Below are positions 1 to 10,236 of a stretch of DNA of 64,000 bases, piece by piece (within the stretch, counting starts at the first letter, position 1; each line of letters starts with the position of its first letter). The notes below the pieces were generated by a model. It did no database searches. It was given only the letters and a program-made list of their open reading frames with translations, and was not told the origin of the DNA. The position numbers and the translations under genes were made by a program. The DNA comes from an uncultured delta proteobacterium (GTDB lineage: Bacteria > Myxococcota > Myxococcia > Myxococcales > Anaeromyxobacteraceae). The stretch is from positions 1 to 64,000 of the forward strand of contig CAWJSR010000023.1 in assembly GCA_963845515.1 (NCBI GenBank). The letters are read 5' to 3'.

Positions 1-472
1 AGTACATCACCAATTGCTGCTCAACCTGAAGGCTGTTCCAAGGCCGTGGCGCGGCCCAACTTTGGCGGTGTGCGTTCACATCGGCGGCTGGGCGGGACAG
101 ACGAAGAAGCTGGCAGGCGGACCGCGATGTGGCGCCCTGGGTGGTGCAGAGCGCACTTTGGGTTCGACACCTGCACCAATCCGGAGCTTCTGAAGGAGAA
201 GGTCACTAACCTTTGAACGCCGGGCTACAAGCACTACTGTAGCGCCGAGGTGTCGGCGGCGAAACGTGAGCTCATGGTGGCCGGAGTTCAAGTGTCGCTG
301 CTACGCGACATGCTCGATCGCGCTCGCCGCGGCGTGGCCTGACATCTCGCCTGAGCTAGCAGACTGCGACGGGCGAGCTCGTTGCATCTCGGGCGACGCA
401 GGAGCCCATCGGGCCACAGCCTGATTGGAGACGACTGCCCCGCTCGATATGGATGAGGAGCCCGTCGTGATT

Positions 473-519
473 GTTCAGCAGAAGACCGTCGGCGGAACGC
501 CGACGGTCTTCTGCTGAAC
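473..519. repeat. Perfect 22-bp inverted repeat (hairpin)
   Basis: GTTCAGCAGAAGACCGTCGGCG-GAA-CGCCGACGGTCTTCTGCTGAAC; the arms are exact reverse complements. Confidence 0.9.
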
Positions 520-690
520 CGCTGTACTCTTGCGTTGGGCAGCCGCCACTCGGCGCAGGGCGCCGAGCTGGCGGGCTGATAACCAACGTTGGCTACCTCC
601 AGCGCCTGTGCGACGTCGACCTCGAACGGCCGACGGTGACCATGGCGATAAGCTGGCGACTGATCGGCGGGAGGTTGCTCATGGGAGGTA

Positions 691-1137
691 ATGATGGGCG
701 TGATCGGTGAGCGGTCGTCCATATTGAGCACGGCCCTGCTTGCCTGCGGGATCCTTGCCGCGCTGGTTTTCGATTTTCGGAGACCGCTTGCTGGGTGCGC
801 ACGCGCCGGGCTACGCTTTCTGGGTGCAATCCATCAGTGTGTTGGGCGGCCGCGGCGCGCCCACCCGAGGGGCGATGCTGGCATTCAACCTCGTCTACGG
901 CCTGCTGCTGGCCTTCGACCATCGGCGTGGGCGGGCGGCGGTGGGTGGCTGAGTTACGCGCCGCGTCGTACGCCTACGGCGCGCTCCTACGTCATGTTCG
1001 CCGTCATCGGCGCGCTGCCCTCCACGCGCGCGGCGGTTGCGCTCAACGGCCCCACCATCGGCCTGCAGGAGCGTAGCATGGTCTACAGCTTCCTGATGTG
1101 GGTCATCGCCTTGGCGGGGGTGGTAATGGGGAGATAG
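691..1137 (+). pseudogene. DUF998-like membrane protein remnant (frameshifted)
   Basis: Pieces in different frames: PGYAFWVQSISVLGGRGAPTRG..FNLVYGLLL and C-terminal GLQERSMVYSFLMWVIALAG resemble DUF998 motifs. Boundaries approximate. Confidence 0.45.
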
Positions 1138-1315
1138 GGGATGGGCGCCGCCGCTGCTCGATGCTCTCGGCCTGCTAGCGCGATAGGCCGGGTTGGTGCG
1201 GCCGTAATCGCCCATGCGTGCCCAATCCTCATGGTGGCGGAGGCGCCTGCTTCCCCCTTGCCCTCCCACCCCTATCGTGCCATACTGCCCCAAATCCTTC
1301 AGCTCGACAGGACCC

Positions 1316-2180
1316 ATGGCTGACTTTCCCTCCTGCCTCGCGCCTTCGAATCCGTCTCCGTCGACGCCCGCGGTGCGATCGTCGCCCGGCGGGCAGGCAC
1401 GGCCCTGGTCTACAGCGACGACCTGGGCGGCGGCTTAATTCTGGAGACGGTGGTTGTCCCGCGCGGGCGGTTCCTCATGGGCTCGCCAGAGGGCGAGGGA
1501 TACGACGACGAGCGGCCGCAACACAGCGTGGCCGTCGCGCCCTTCCTGCTGGGGCGGGCTCCCGTCACTCAGGCGCAGTGGGCGCCGTGATGGGCCGTCG
1601 CCGCGCTGCGCTTCCGAGGCGACCGGCTGCCGGTCGACCGCGTCTCCTGGCGCGATGCCGCGCGCTTCTGCCGGCGGCTGGCGCGGCGCACGGGGCACCC
1701 TACCGCCTGCCGAGCGAGGCCGAGTGGGAGTACGCCTGCCGCGCGGGCACGACTCGACGCCCTTCTGCTTCGGCGACACGCATCACGACCGACCTGGCCA
1801 ACTAAACGGGCGAGCACGTCTACGGCTGCGAGCCGCCGGGAGTCTACCGCCACACGTCGACCGAGGTCGGCGCTCTTCCCGCCCAACGCCCTCGGGTCTG
1901 TACGACATGCACGGCAACGTCTGGGAGTGGTGCGCCGACGTCTGGCACGACTCGTATGACGGCGCACCGGCGGATGGACGCGCCTGGCAGGACCCGCCTG
2001 GGCCAGCGCGCCTGCTGGGACGCCGACCCCGGGCGCTGCGCGGCGGCCTCCGCGTTCTACGCGGCGGATGCTGGCACGACCCGCCGAACCTCTGCCGCAG
2101 CGCCGCCCGCCTCAAGCAGGCCCCGCGCGAGGCCGAGGACTATGTCGGGTTTCGCGTAGCGATGAGCTCGCCCGGAGTAG
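1316..2180 (+). CDS. Formylglycine-generating enzyme (SUMF1/FGE-sulfatase) domain protein, several frameshifts
   Basis: Motifs across frames: [58 protein letters not shown]. 3' end approximate. Confidence 0.8.
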
Positions 2181-2255
2181 CGCGCGGCGCGGCCGCTTTG
2201 CCCTCCCTTCCCTCCCCCGTGTATCCTCCCCCATCATCCATACCCAGGAGGTCCC

Positions 2256-2594
2256 ATGACCCCATCGAAATCCGAGACGCCCACCCTGAGCGGAGTCATC
2301 GCTGCCGCCGACCTGGTCGCCGTTCAGCCCGGCGCGGTGGTGAGCCGCACCATCGCCGATTCGCCGCAGGGCACAGTCACCGCCTTTGCCTTTGACGCTG
2401 GCCAGGGGCTGAGCGAGCACTCGGCGCCCTACGACGCCCTGGTGCTGGACCTGGAGGGCGAGGTGGAGATCACCATCTCCGGCGCGCCGCACCGCCTGCG
2501 CGCCGGCGACCTGCTGAATATGCCGGCCAACAAGCCCCACGGTCTCGTCGCGCTCACGCCGTTCAAAATGCTGCTGGTGATGATCCGGGCCTAA
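2256..2594 (+). CDS. Cupin domain protein
   Basis: [31 protein letters not shown] cupin motifs; AGGAGG RBS upstream. Confidence 0.9.
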   Translation: MTPSKSETPTLSGVIAAADLVAVQPGAVVSRTIADSPQGTVTAFAFDAGQGLSEHSAPYDALVLDLEGEVEITISGAPHRLRAGDLLNMPANKPHGLVALTPFKMLLVMIRA

Positions 2595-2601
2595 GCCCGC
2601 G

Positions 2602-2890
2602 CTGCACATCTGCGCTAGCACGCTGGACAGGTTGGACGGAATCGTGAGTCAGGATGCGAACGCTCGCACTTGGAGTCGTGGGTTGACGCCGGGGCGGCGG
2701 GGAGTCGTGCAGGTGACAGGATCTTGTTGATGGGCAATGTGAATGACCCCGAGGTCCTTCTGCTGGGCACCTCAGAGCAGGTCGCGGCCCAGGCTTGCGA
2801 TGCGCGGGATGCACGGTCAAGCTTGTGGGACCGGAGTGCGCCGTGCCGTTGTGCGCGCCGACGGAGATCGCCAGGGGATGTGCTATCATC
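2602..2890 (+). pseudogene. C-terminal remnant of a uroporphyrinogen decarboxylase / MtaA-CmuA family methyltransferase
   Basis: Fragments in successive frames: LHICASTLDRL, GDRILLMGNVNDPEVLLLGTSEQV, VKLVGPECAVPL; no N-terminus. Confidence 0.6.
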
Positions 2891-3228
2891 TGGCCATGTT
2901 CGCTGACGGCGGGGCCACGACGGAGCGAGCCTGCGCAGGTGGCGTCGCGGACTGCCATCGAGCTATGAGGGCAGTATGCCGGACGCCGATATTCGGGCAC
3001 CTGCCGGACTCGCATTCACCCTGAGCCGGGCGGCAAGCATCAGGGCATGCGCGAGCGATGCAGCGCGAGTTGGTCACCACTGTCACAGCGCTGACCGGAT
3101 CCCTGCCGAGACTGCAAGGACCGGCCAGAGGTGTGAGGCTCATTTGCTGTTTAGCGCGGGCTCACGCACACAACCGTACACCGGATCCGCCGCGCCGACG
3201 CATCACTGATCACTGAAAGGGGCACACC

Positions 3229-5146
3229 ATGGCACGTTCGTTTCACAACAAGATCCTGCGCGTGAACCTGACCACGGGCACGATCACGCGTCGACGAGCC
3301 CGGAGTGGCCTATTTCCGGCGCTACATGGGCGGCTGGAACATCATCGCCGACGTGTTGCTCAAGGAGGTGCCCAAGGGCGCCGATCCGCTGGGGCCGCAG
3401 AACAAGCTCATCTTTGCGCCCGGCGTGGTCACCGGGCTGGCCCTCTCGGGGGCGTCGCGCAGCGCCGTGGGCGCCAAGTCGCCCCTGACCGGCGGCTTTG
3501 GCGCCGCCGAGGTGGGCGGCACTTTGGGCGCCGAGCTCAAGCGCGCCGGCTTCGACGCCATCATCGTCGAGGGCGTCTCGCCCAAGCCGGTCTACCTGTG
3601 GATCAAGGACGGCGAGGCCGAGCTGCGCGACGCCACGCACCTGTGGGGCAAGACCACCAAGGAGACCTGAGGCCTGGTGCGCGCACGAGGTGGGCGACCA
3701 GCGCGCCGAGCTGGCCATGATCGGCCCCGGCGGCGAGAACATGGTCAAGTACGCCTGCGTGATGAACGACCTCAAGGACGCCGCCGGCCGCACCGGCATG
3801 GGCGCCGTGATGGGCTCCAAGAAGCTCAAGGCCGTGGCCGCGCGGGGCACGCTGAAGCCTGGACGGCGCCGATCCCGACAGCGATCCACGAGATGGCGCG
3901 CCGGGCGGCCCAAGGAGGTGCGCGACGGCACGCGCGCCGCGGGGCTGCACCAGCGCGGGCACCGGCGGCGAGCGACTCGGAGGGCGGCATCCTGCAGGGC
4001 AACCTGCCCATCCGCAACTTCCGCGACGGCGAGTTCCCCGAGATCGAGCGGCCTCGAGCTTCATCATGAAAAAGATCGGCGTCGGGATGGAGGGCTGCTG
4101 GGCCTGCGCCGTGCGCTGCAAGAAGGTGGTCAAGGCCGAGCGCGAGGCCTACAGCGTGGATCCCGACTATGGCGGACCCGAGTACGAGACGCATCGGCTC
4201 GCTGGGCTCCACCTGCGGCGTGAGCGACATCGTGGCCGTGTCTCAGGCCAACGAGCTCTGCAACGCCTACTCGCTGGACACCATCGGCGCCGGCGTGACC
4301 ATCGCCTTTGCCATGGAGTGCTTTGAGAAGGGCCTGCTCACGCTAGGAGGACACCGGCGGCATCGACCTGCGCTTTGGCAACGGCGACGCCATGATCGCC
4401 ATGATCGAGAAAGATCGCCCATCGCGAGGGGCTCGGCGACCTCCTGGCCGAGGACCTGGCGACCGCCGCCAAGCGGATCGGCGACGACGCCGAGATGTTC
4501 GCCGTGCACACCAAGGGCCAGGCCTACCCCATGCACGAGCCGCGGCTCAAGCGCGGGCTGGCCATCGGCTATGCCGTCTCGCCCACCGGCGCCGACCACT
4601 GCCACTCGCTGCACGACACGGGCCTGGCCACGCCGACCGAGGAGGGCTTCAACCCCAACGGCGGCCTGCGCGGCATGGGCGTGCTCGAGCCGGTGCCCCT
4701 GGAGGACCTGGGCCCGCACAAGGTGCGCGCCACCATGTACTCACCAGATCGCGCACGGTGACGCTCAACTGCCTCAGCATGTGCATCGTTCCCCGGCTGG
4801 AGCCTGGAGGAGGTCACGCAGATCGTGCGCGCGGCCACCGGCTGGGACGTGACCGACGTACGAGCTGATCGCGTCGGCGAGCGCGCCCTGAACCTGGCGC
4901 GCGTGTTCAACATGCGCGAGGGCTTGACCGTCGAGGACGATCGCCTGGCCGAGCGCAGCTATGGCCCCACCAGCGGCGGCGCGCTGGCCGACGGCGGCAT
5001 CGACCGCGAGGAGCTGCGCGAGGCCGTGCACACCTACTATGGCATGATGGGCTGGGACAAGGAGACCGGCGCGCCCACGGTGCGACAAGCTGGAGGAGCT
5101 GGGCGTCGGCTGGGCAGCGGCGCACCTGGGCCGCTCCGCGAGATAG
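3229..5146 (+). CDS. Aldehyde:ferredoxin oxidoreductase family (W/Mo-pterin) protein, heavily frameshifted
   Basis: [72 protein letters not shown]; stop TAG at 5144-5146. Roughly ten or more indels, so it could be a pseudogene. Confidence 0.85.
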
Positions 5147-5752
5147 CGTCCAGCGTCCACGAGCTCGCACCCTCGATGCGTCGCGCGCTCGTCGCTGGTC
5201 GCCGGCCCGGGTCCTGCCATCGAGGGTGCGTGCTATTGATCGTCGATCGCTTGGTGCCAGGCTGGGCCACGTCGGGCCACGCCACTGAGCAGATCTGGGT
5301 GCCGCTGCCAGCAGATGAGCTACGGCGGCCGAGAAGGCGTTTGTGGTAACGCCCTCGCCGAGCGAATACGGCGACGCCCGATTCACCCGGTGGCGATGAT
5401 GCAGCATACGGCGACGGGCCAGACCAGGTAATCGCATAGCGAGGGTAGGCGCATCGGAGCTGTGCGTTCGCCGCACGGACTGGATGCCGGGCGAGGGCAC
5501 GCCAGCCACCAGGGAATTGTTCTTAAGCGGGCCCTTCGCTTGACAGCGCGGCCAATCTGGACCATGCTATGCCTGCCTGCTGGAAACGGTCACAGCAGTG
5601 CAGAGATCAGGCTGCGGACATGAGCGCCGTCCCGTCGCTGATCCGCGACAGGGAGCGACAGGCCGCGACACCTACTTGCGGCCCCGGCTTACAGGGCGGC
5701 TCCGGTCTTTCGTTTGCGCGGTGCGAATCCGCCGCGCGCCCCACGAGATGCA

Positions 5753-5793
5753 CCTCTCCCCCGCCCCCGCGGGGGAGAGGCTGGGTGAGGGGG
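5753..5793. repeat. REP-like palindromic element, copy 1
   Basis: CCTCTCCCCCGC-CCCC-GCGGGGGAGAGG-CT-GGGTGAGGGGG. Confidence 0.75.
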
Positions 5794-6288
5794 CGGCACT
5801 GTTACCCCTCATCCCGGCTGTACACTGGCGTCGGTGACCCTCTCACGGCGGTGCTCGCTCCGCCGCGGCCCGGACCGGCTTCGACGCGGCGGCGTCCTCG
5901 CGCGCCCGCGCCCCGCTGGGGGTTCGACGCGGCGACGAACTCGGCGCTGGCGCTGGCTTCGACGTGGGTTCGCACGACCGTCGAGGCCCGCGGTCCGATC
6001 CGGCGACGGTGCCGCAGGAGCGGACTCCGCTCCGCTCCGGCGCGAGAGGGTCCCCTCCGGGAATGGGCTTCAGAGGAGGACTCACGCTCCGCGCGATGAC
6101 TCCGCAATCTCAGGGGTCTGCGGGAGCGTTCGCGCCCTCGCCGCTCGCAGGGCGTTGAACGCCAGCAGCAAGGCTACAGCCAGCGCGCCGACGATCTTCC
6201 CGTACGCAGTCGCGTAGTCCATCGCCGTCGGATCGTCTGGTGCGAAGTCCTTCACGATGGACCGTCTCGGCGATGCCTCGGCCGGGTC

Positions 6289-6328
6289 TTGCCGGGAGTG
6301 CCGCACGTGGTTATACATAAGTAATAAC
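6289..6328 (+). promoter_or_regulatory. Putative sigma70 promoter and operator of the abrB-doc pair
   Basis: TTGCCG-N17-TATACA, overlapped by the imperfect inverted repeat GTTATAC..GTAATAAC (6310-6328). Confidence 0.45.
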
Positions 6329-6339
6329 GGAGGCCCACC

Positions 6340-6564
6340 ATGCGGAAGAAGCTCACGGCCATCGGCAACAGCCTGGGGATCGTCATCGAGAAGCCCATCC
6401 TCGAGCTACTCGACATCGACCGGGACACCGAGCTCGACATGAAGACCGACGGCGACAGGCTCGTCCTCGTGCCGATTCGGAAGGGGAAGAAGCAGCGGCT
6501 GAGGGAGGCCATGGACGACGTCATGGCTCGCCACGCCGACACGTTCCGGAAGCTCGCGAAGTGA
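6340..6564 (+). CDS. AbrB/MazE/SpoVT-family antitoxin
   Basis: KLTAIGNSLGIVIEKPILELL swapped-hairpin motif; C-terminal HADTFRKLAK; GTGA overlap with a doc-like gene. Confidence 0.9.
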   Translation: MRKKLTAIGNSLGIVIEKPILELLDIDRDTELDMKTDGDRLVLVPIRKGKKQRLREAMDDVMARHADTFRKLAK

Positions 6565-6824
6565 CCGAGCCGGAGTTCCTGGAGGTCGCCGAGGTGGTCG
6601 CGCTCCACGATCGCCAGCTCGCTGCGTTCGGCGGCTCGCCTGGAATTCGCGACCGTGGGCTCCTCGAGTCGGCCGTGGCGCAGCCGAGGGCGACCTTCGG
6701 TGGCGAGTTCGTTCACGCAGACCTCTTCGCGATGGCGGCGGCCTACGCATTTCACATCGCGGGGAGGGTCGACAAGGAAGGGCTCGCAGGGCTCCTTCGG
6801 AAGTGGTCGAAGCCGCTCCCGTAG
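6561..6824 (+). pseudogene. doc: Death-on-curing (Doc/Fic) toxin with internal in-frame deletion
   Basis: LHDRQLAAFGGSPGIRDRGLLESAVAQP..LFAMAAAYAFHIA is a typical Doc N-terminus, but the (H/Q)PFxDGNKR segment is absent; 87 aa only. Confidence 0.8.
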
Positions 6825-6978
6825 CTTCTGCCCATTCTCTGCCCAACTTCTGTCCCATCATGTCGCTCACCCGCGACAGGGAGCGCGCTGCCTTCGATTT
6901 TGGCTAGCACGACCGTGGAAGTCCGCGGTCCCCGGCTCCTGCCCATCCCTGCGACACGGCAACCGCCATAGCCGTCGG

Positions 6979-8158
6979 TCAGACGACCATCCTCCGGAGC
7001 ACCTCCAGCAGGCACCCCAGCCTCCGCCCCGCCCGCCCCTCTCCCGAGCCGGGCGGCAGCTCCCCCCGCCCCAGCAGCCGCACCGCCTGCTCGACGCCGC
7101 CCGGCCGTCGTCCGAGCGATCGCGCGCACGCCAGCCTCAGGTCGGCGAAGTCGCGCAGCGGCGCCTCCGCGGCGCGCAGGAGGCGGATGGCGTAGGGCCC
7201 CCAGCCGCAGAGCAGGTCGCCCGGCCGCAGGAAGGCCTCGAAGCGCGCGAGCGCCTCGGCGAGCGGCTCGCCCTCCAGGAACCGCGCCTCGGGGAGCTCG
7301 AGCAGCAGGGCTTCGCTCGGCCTCCAGCGGCCGTCGGGGAGCCACCACCGCCTCGAACCGCTCGCCGGTCGATGGCCGGAGCGCCACAAGCTGGAGGAGC
7401 TCGCACTCGCGCTGGGGGCCGGCACTGGCGGGCCAGCCGCTCGACTCGGCGTAGACCGCCACCACGTCCCCCGGCCGCGCGCGCAGCGTGGCCATGGTCG
7501 TGTCGGTCCGCGGCGGCTTCTGCCCCTTGCGCCGGAGCCGCCGTGGCGGGCCGGTGCGCCGGTCGCGCTCGGCGATCTGCAGGTCCACCATCCTGTCGAA
7601 GGCCTCCAGGATCGGGGTGAACCGCTCGGGCGCCCCCTCCAGCGCGCCGAGCAGGAGGACCGCCGCCTCGATGGTGGAGACGCACTCGCGCGAGGGCTCG
7701 GTCCGGATGCGGTAGTTGCTGGGGCGCTCCGGGGAGAGGCCGATGCGCGGCAGGGCCAGCAGGAACGGGTTCTCCTTGAGCAGCTTGCGCGCCTGCTGCC
7801 AGGTGCCGTCCACCACGATCACCGTCTTCGGAGGCCGGCCGCGCAGCGCCGCGGGGTCGATGGCCCCTTCGCCCGGAAAGAGCAGCGCCGTCCCTTCCTC
7901 GGCCGCGAGCGCCCGCACCCGCGGGTGCTCGCGAAACGAGACGCCCAGGTGCAGCTCGGAGTTGGGCAGCGAGAGGTGGGCCATGCGGGCGGTGCCGATG
8001 GCCGTCTTCCGCTCGCGGACGTGCTGGAGGATGCAGGCCCGCGTGGCGCTCTCCACCGGCCGGAGGTGCGGGCACCAGCAGGCACGGCGCGGCCGCAGGC
8101 AGCGCAGGCAGAGCTCGCGGTGGGCGGCGTCGGTGGGGGCGGGGCGGTGCTGGGACAT
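6979..8158 (-). CDS. DTW-domain tRNA-uridine aminocarboxypropyltransferase with extra C-terminal domain (frameshift ~7320)
   Basis: CLRC..CWC, QHVRE, TARMAHLSL, LLFP, VDGTWQQARK, YRIRTEP, STIEA; the C-terminus continues in the 6979..7425 frame. Confidence 0.85.
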
Positions 8159-8285
8159 CGGTCGCGCTCCCTTAGCATGGGGCGCTGCCGCCGGCCCCCC
8201 CTGATGGGTACATCGTGACACACGCGCGTGCTCGAATACTCTGCCCCCCATGTCGTTCACCCACCATCACATCAGGAGGACTCAG

Positions 8286-8609
8286 ATGAAGACGATCCTG
8301 CTCGGCGTCGCGCTCTCCATGCTGGCCTTCGCGCTGCCGGCCCAGGCCGCCTGGGAGCCGAAGGACGTCCAGAAGCTCCTCGAGAAGATCAAGGCGGGGA
8401 AGGGGTTCTCGGAGAGCCTCGTCTACCCCGACGAGCAGGTGCAGATCGTGGCGCTCCACGTCTCCGCGAGCCTCGCCTACCAGATCGACCTCAAGGCGCA
8501 CCTCTGCTTCGTGCGCCCTGGCATGGGGGTGGGCGTCACCCCGATCCCCTGCAAGAACATCAAGGACGCCTACCCGATCATCGCGCCGCTCATCACCTGG
8601 GAGCCGTAG
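8286..8609 (+). CDS. Small secreted hypothetical protein
   Basis: AGGAGGA RBS; signal peptide MKTILLGVALSMLAFALPAQA; strong GC3 bias. Confidence 0.75.
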   Translation: MKTILLGVALSMLAFALPAQAAWEPKDVQKLLEKIKAGKGFSESLVYPDEQVQIVALHVSASLAYQIDLKAHLCFVRPGMGVGVTPIPCKNIKDAYPIIAPLITWEP

Positions 8610-8647
8610 TCTTCTCCGGCGCAGGCGCCAGGCGCCGATGACCGCGG

Positions 8648-9844
8648 CTACGCCTTCCCGTGACCGTTCGTGACGATCTCGGCGGTGTCCATCGCGATCT
8701 GGAGCTCTTCGTTGGTCTGGATGACCGCGGCCATCGGCTTCGTCGAGGTCGTGATGCTCCCCTCCGTCGCGCCGCCGTTGCGCTCGTTCGTCTCGGGGTC
8801 GACCTTCAGCCCCAGGAAGGCCAACGCCTCGATGATCTTCGCGCGGACCGGCGCGCTGTTCTCGCCGATGCCGCCCGTGAAGACGAGCGCGTCGAGGCGG
8901 CCGAGCGCCACCGTCATGGACATGGTGGCCTTCGCCACGGAGTAGCAGAACTTGTCGATGGCGAGCGCGGCGCGCTGGTGCCCGCCGGCTGCGGCGGTCT
9001 GGAGCGTCAGCATGTCGTGAGAGAGGCCAGAGAGGCCGAGCAGGCCGGAGCGGGTCCAGAGGGCGTCCATCACCGCGTCGGAGGTGGTGTTCAGCGCGCC
9101 CTTCATGTGCTCGATGATCGACGGGTCGATGGTGCCGCTCCGCGTGCCCATCGGCACGCCGTCGAGCGGCGTCAGCCCCATCGTCGTGTCGAGGCTCTGG
9201 CCGTTCTTGATGGCGGTCAGCGAGCAGCCGTAGCCCAGGTGGGCCGTGACGATGCAGTGGTCGGCCGGGTCGAGCGCGAGCCGCTCCACGGCGCGGCGCG
9301 AGACCCAGCGGTGGCTCGTGCCGTGGAACCCGTAGCGCCTGACCTCGTGCTGCTCGTACCACTCGTACGGGACCGCGTAGAGGTACGCCTGCGGCGGCAT
9401 CGTCTGGTGGAAGGCCGTGTCGAAGACCGCCACCTGCGGCAGGCCGGGGAAGAGCTCCTGCGCGACCTCGATGCCGGTCAGGTTCACCGGGTTGTGGAGA
9501 GGGCTGAGCGGGACGACCTCGCGGATCTTCGCGACGATCTCGGGGGTGATGAGCATCGGCCCCGCGAACTTCATGCCGCCGTGCGCCACCCGGTGGCCGA
9601 TCCCGGCCATCCGCTCGTGGAGCCCGATCCTGCGCAGGACCTTGCCGAGCGCCCGGAGCGACGACGCGTGGTCGGCGTTGGGGAGGAGCAGGTTCTCCGC
9701 GCGCCCCTCGTGCTCGAACTCCAGCGCGGCGTGGCGCGTGCCGAGGTAGCGGGCCGTCCCGGAGACGTGCTCGTGCCCGTCCGAGGCGTGGACGACGGCG
9801 AAGTTGATCGAGGAGGCGCGGCAGTTCAGGACCAGGACGTTCAT
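8648..9844 (-). CDS. ackA: Acetate/propionate kinase family protein with divergent ATP-binding motifs
   Basis: GHRVAHGG, PLHNP, VFDTAFH, RRYGFHGTSH, MGLTPLDG..GTRSG, FTGGIGENS, TNEE. Confidence 0.9.
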   Translation of the reverse strand: MNVLVLNCRASSINFAVVHASDGHEHVSGTARYLGTRHAALEFEHEGRAENLLLPNADHASSLRALGKVLRRIGLHERMAGIGHRVAHGGMKFAGPMLITPEIVAKIREVVPLSPLHNPVNLTGIEVAQELFPGLPQVAVFDTAFHQTMPPQAYLYAVPYEWYEQHEVRRYGFHGTSHRWVSRRAVERLALDPADHCIVTAHLGYGCSLTAIKNGQSLDTTMGLTPLDGVPMGTRSGTIDPSIIEHMKGALNTTSDAVMDALWTRSGLLGLSGLSHDMLTLQTAAAGGHQRAALAIDKFCYSVAKATMSMTVALGRLDALVFTGGIGENSAPVRAKIIEALAFLGLKVDPETNERNGGATEGSITTSTKPMAAVIQTNEELQIAMDTAEIVTNGHGKA

Positions 9845-10236
9845 TGTCTTCCCACTCCCACCATTCTTTCGAAGACGTCTTCCAGCGCCTTCGCCGGGTC
9901 ATCGCAGAGGCCGGTGTGGACCGGCGAGACCTGGACGATGGTGCTGCGCGGTGCCACGAGCCAGTGGAAGCGCTCGCGTCGCGTGAGCTTCCCGATGGGA
10001 CCGGCGGAGGGCCCACCTTCGCAGATACGCGGTACGGCCGCCAGATGCTCTTCGATGAGCTGGAGGTCCGCGCCGGGGAAGAGCGCGCGGAGTCGATCGT
10101 GGTCGAGCGCGACCCGTGCGCCGAGGAAGTCGCGCTCCAGGCAGAAGAGGATCACGCCCGCGTTGACGAACTCCTCGCGCTCGACCCGCGGGACGACCCG
10201 CAGGACCGCGTAGTCATAGGAGCCGCGCGCGGGCAC
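9841..10236 (-). CDS. DUF3037 domain protein
   Basis: YDYAVLRVVPRVEREEFVNAGVIL..ERFHWLVAPRSTIVQVSPVHTG; GTG start inferred at 10236. Confidence 0.85.
   Translation of the reverse strand: MPARGSYDYAVLRVVPRVEREEFVNAGVILFCLERDFLGARVALDHDRLRALFPGADLQLIEEHLAAVPRICEGGPSAGPIGKLTRRERFHWLVAPRSTIVQVSPVHTGLCDDPAKALEDVFERMVGVGRQ

Noticed and set aside
3000..3228. Moco/tungsten riboswitch upstream of AOR
   Set aside because: I could not find the conserved motif; an Rfam scan would be needed.
3660..3675. In-frame TGA in the AOR gene as selenocysteine
   Set aside because: Not at a Cys-equivalent position, and it lies among several indels; better explained as a frameshift.
5150..6300. Short ORFs in the junction region
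   Set aside because: No recognisable motifs; a possible TM-protein remnant near 6082-6222 is too weak to call.
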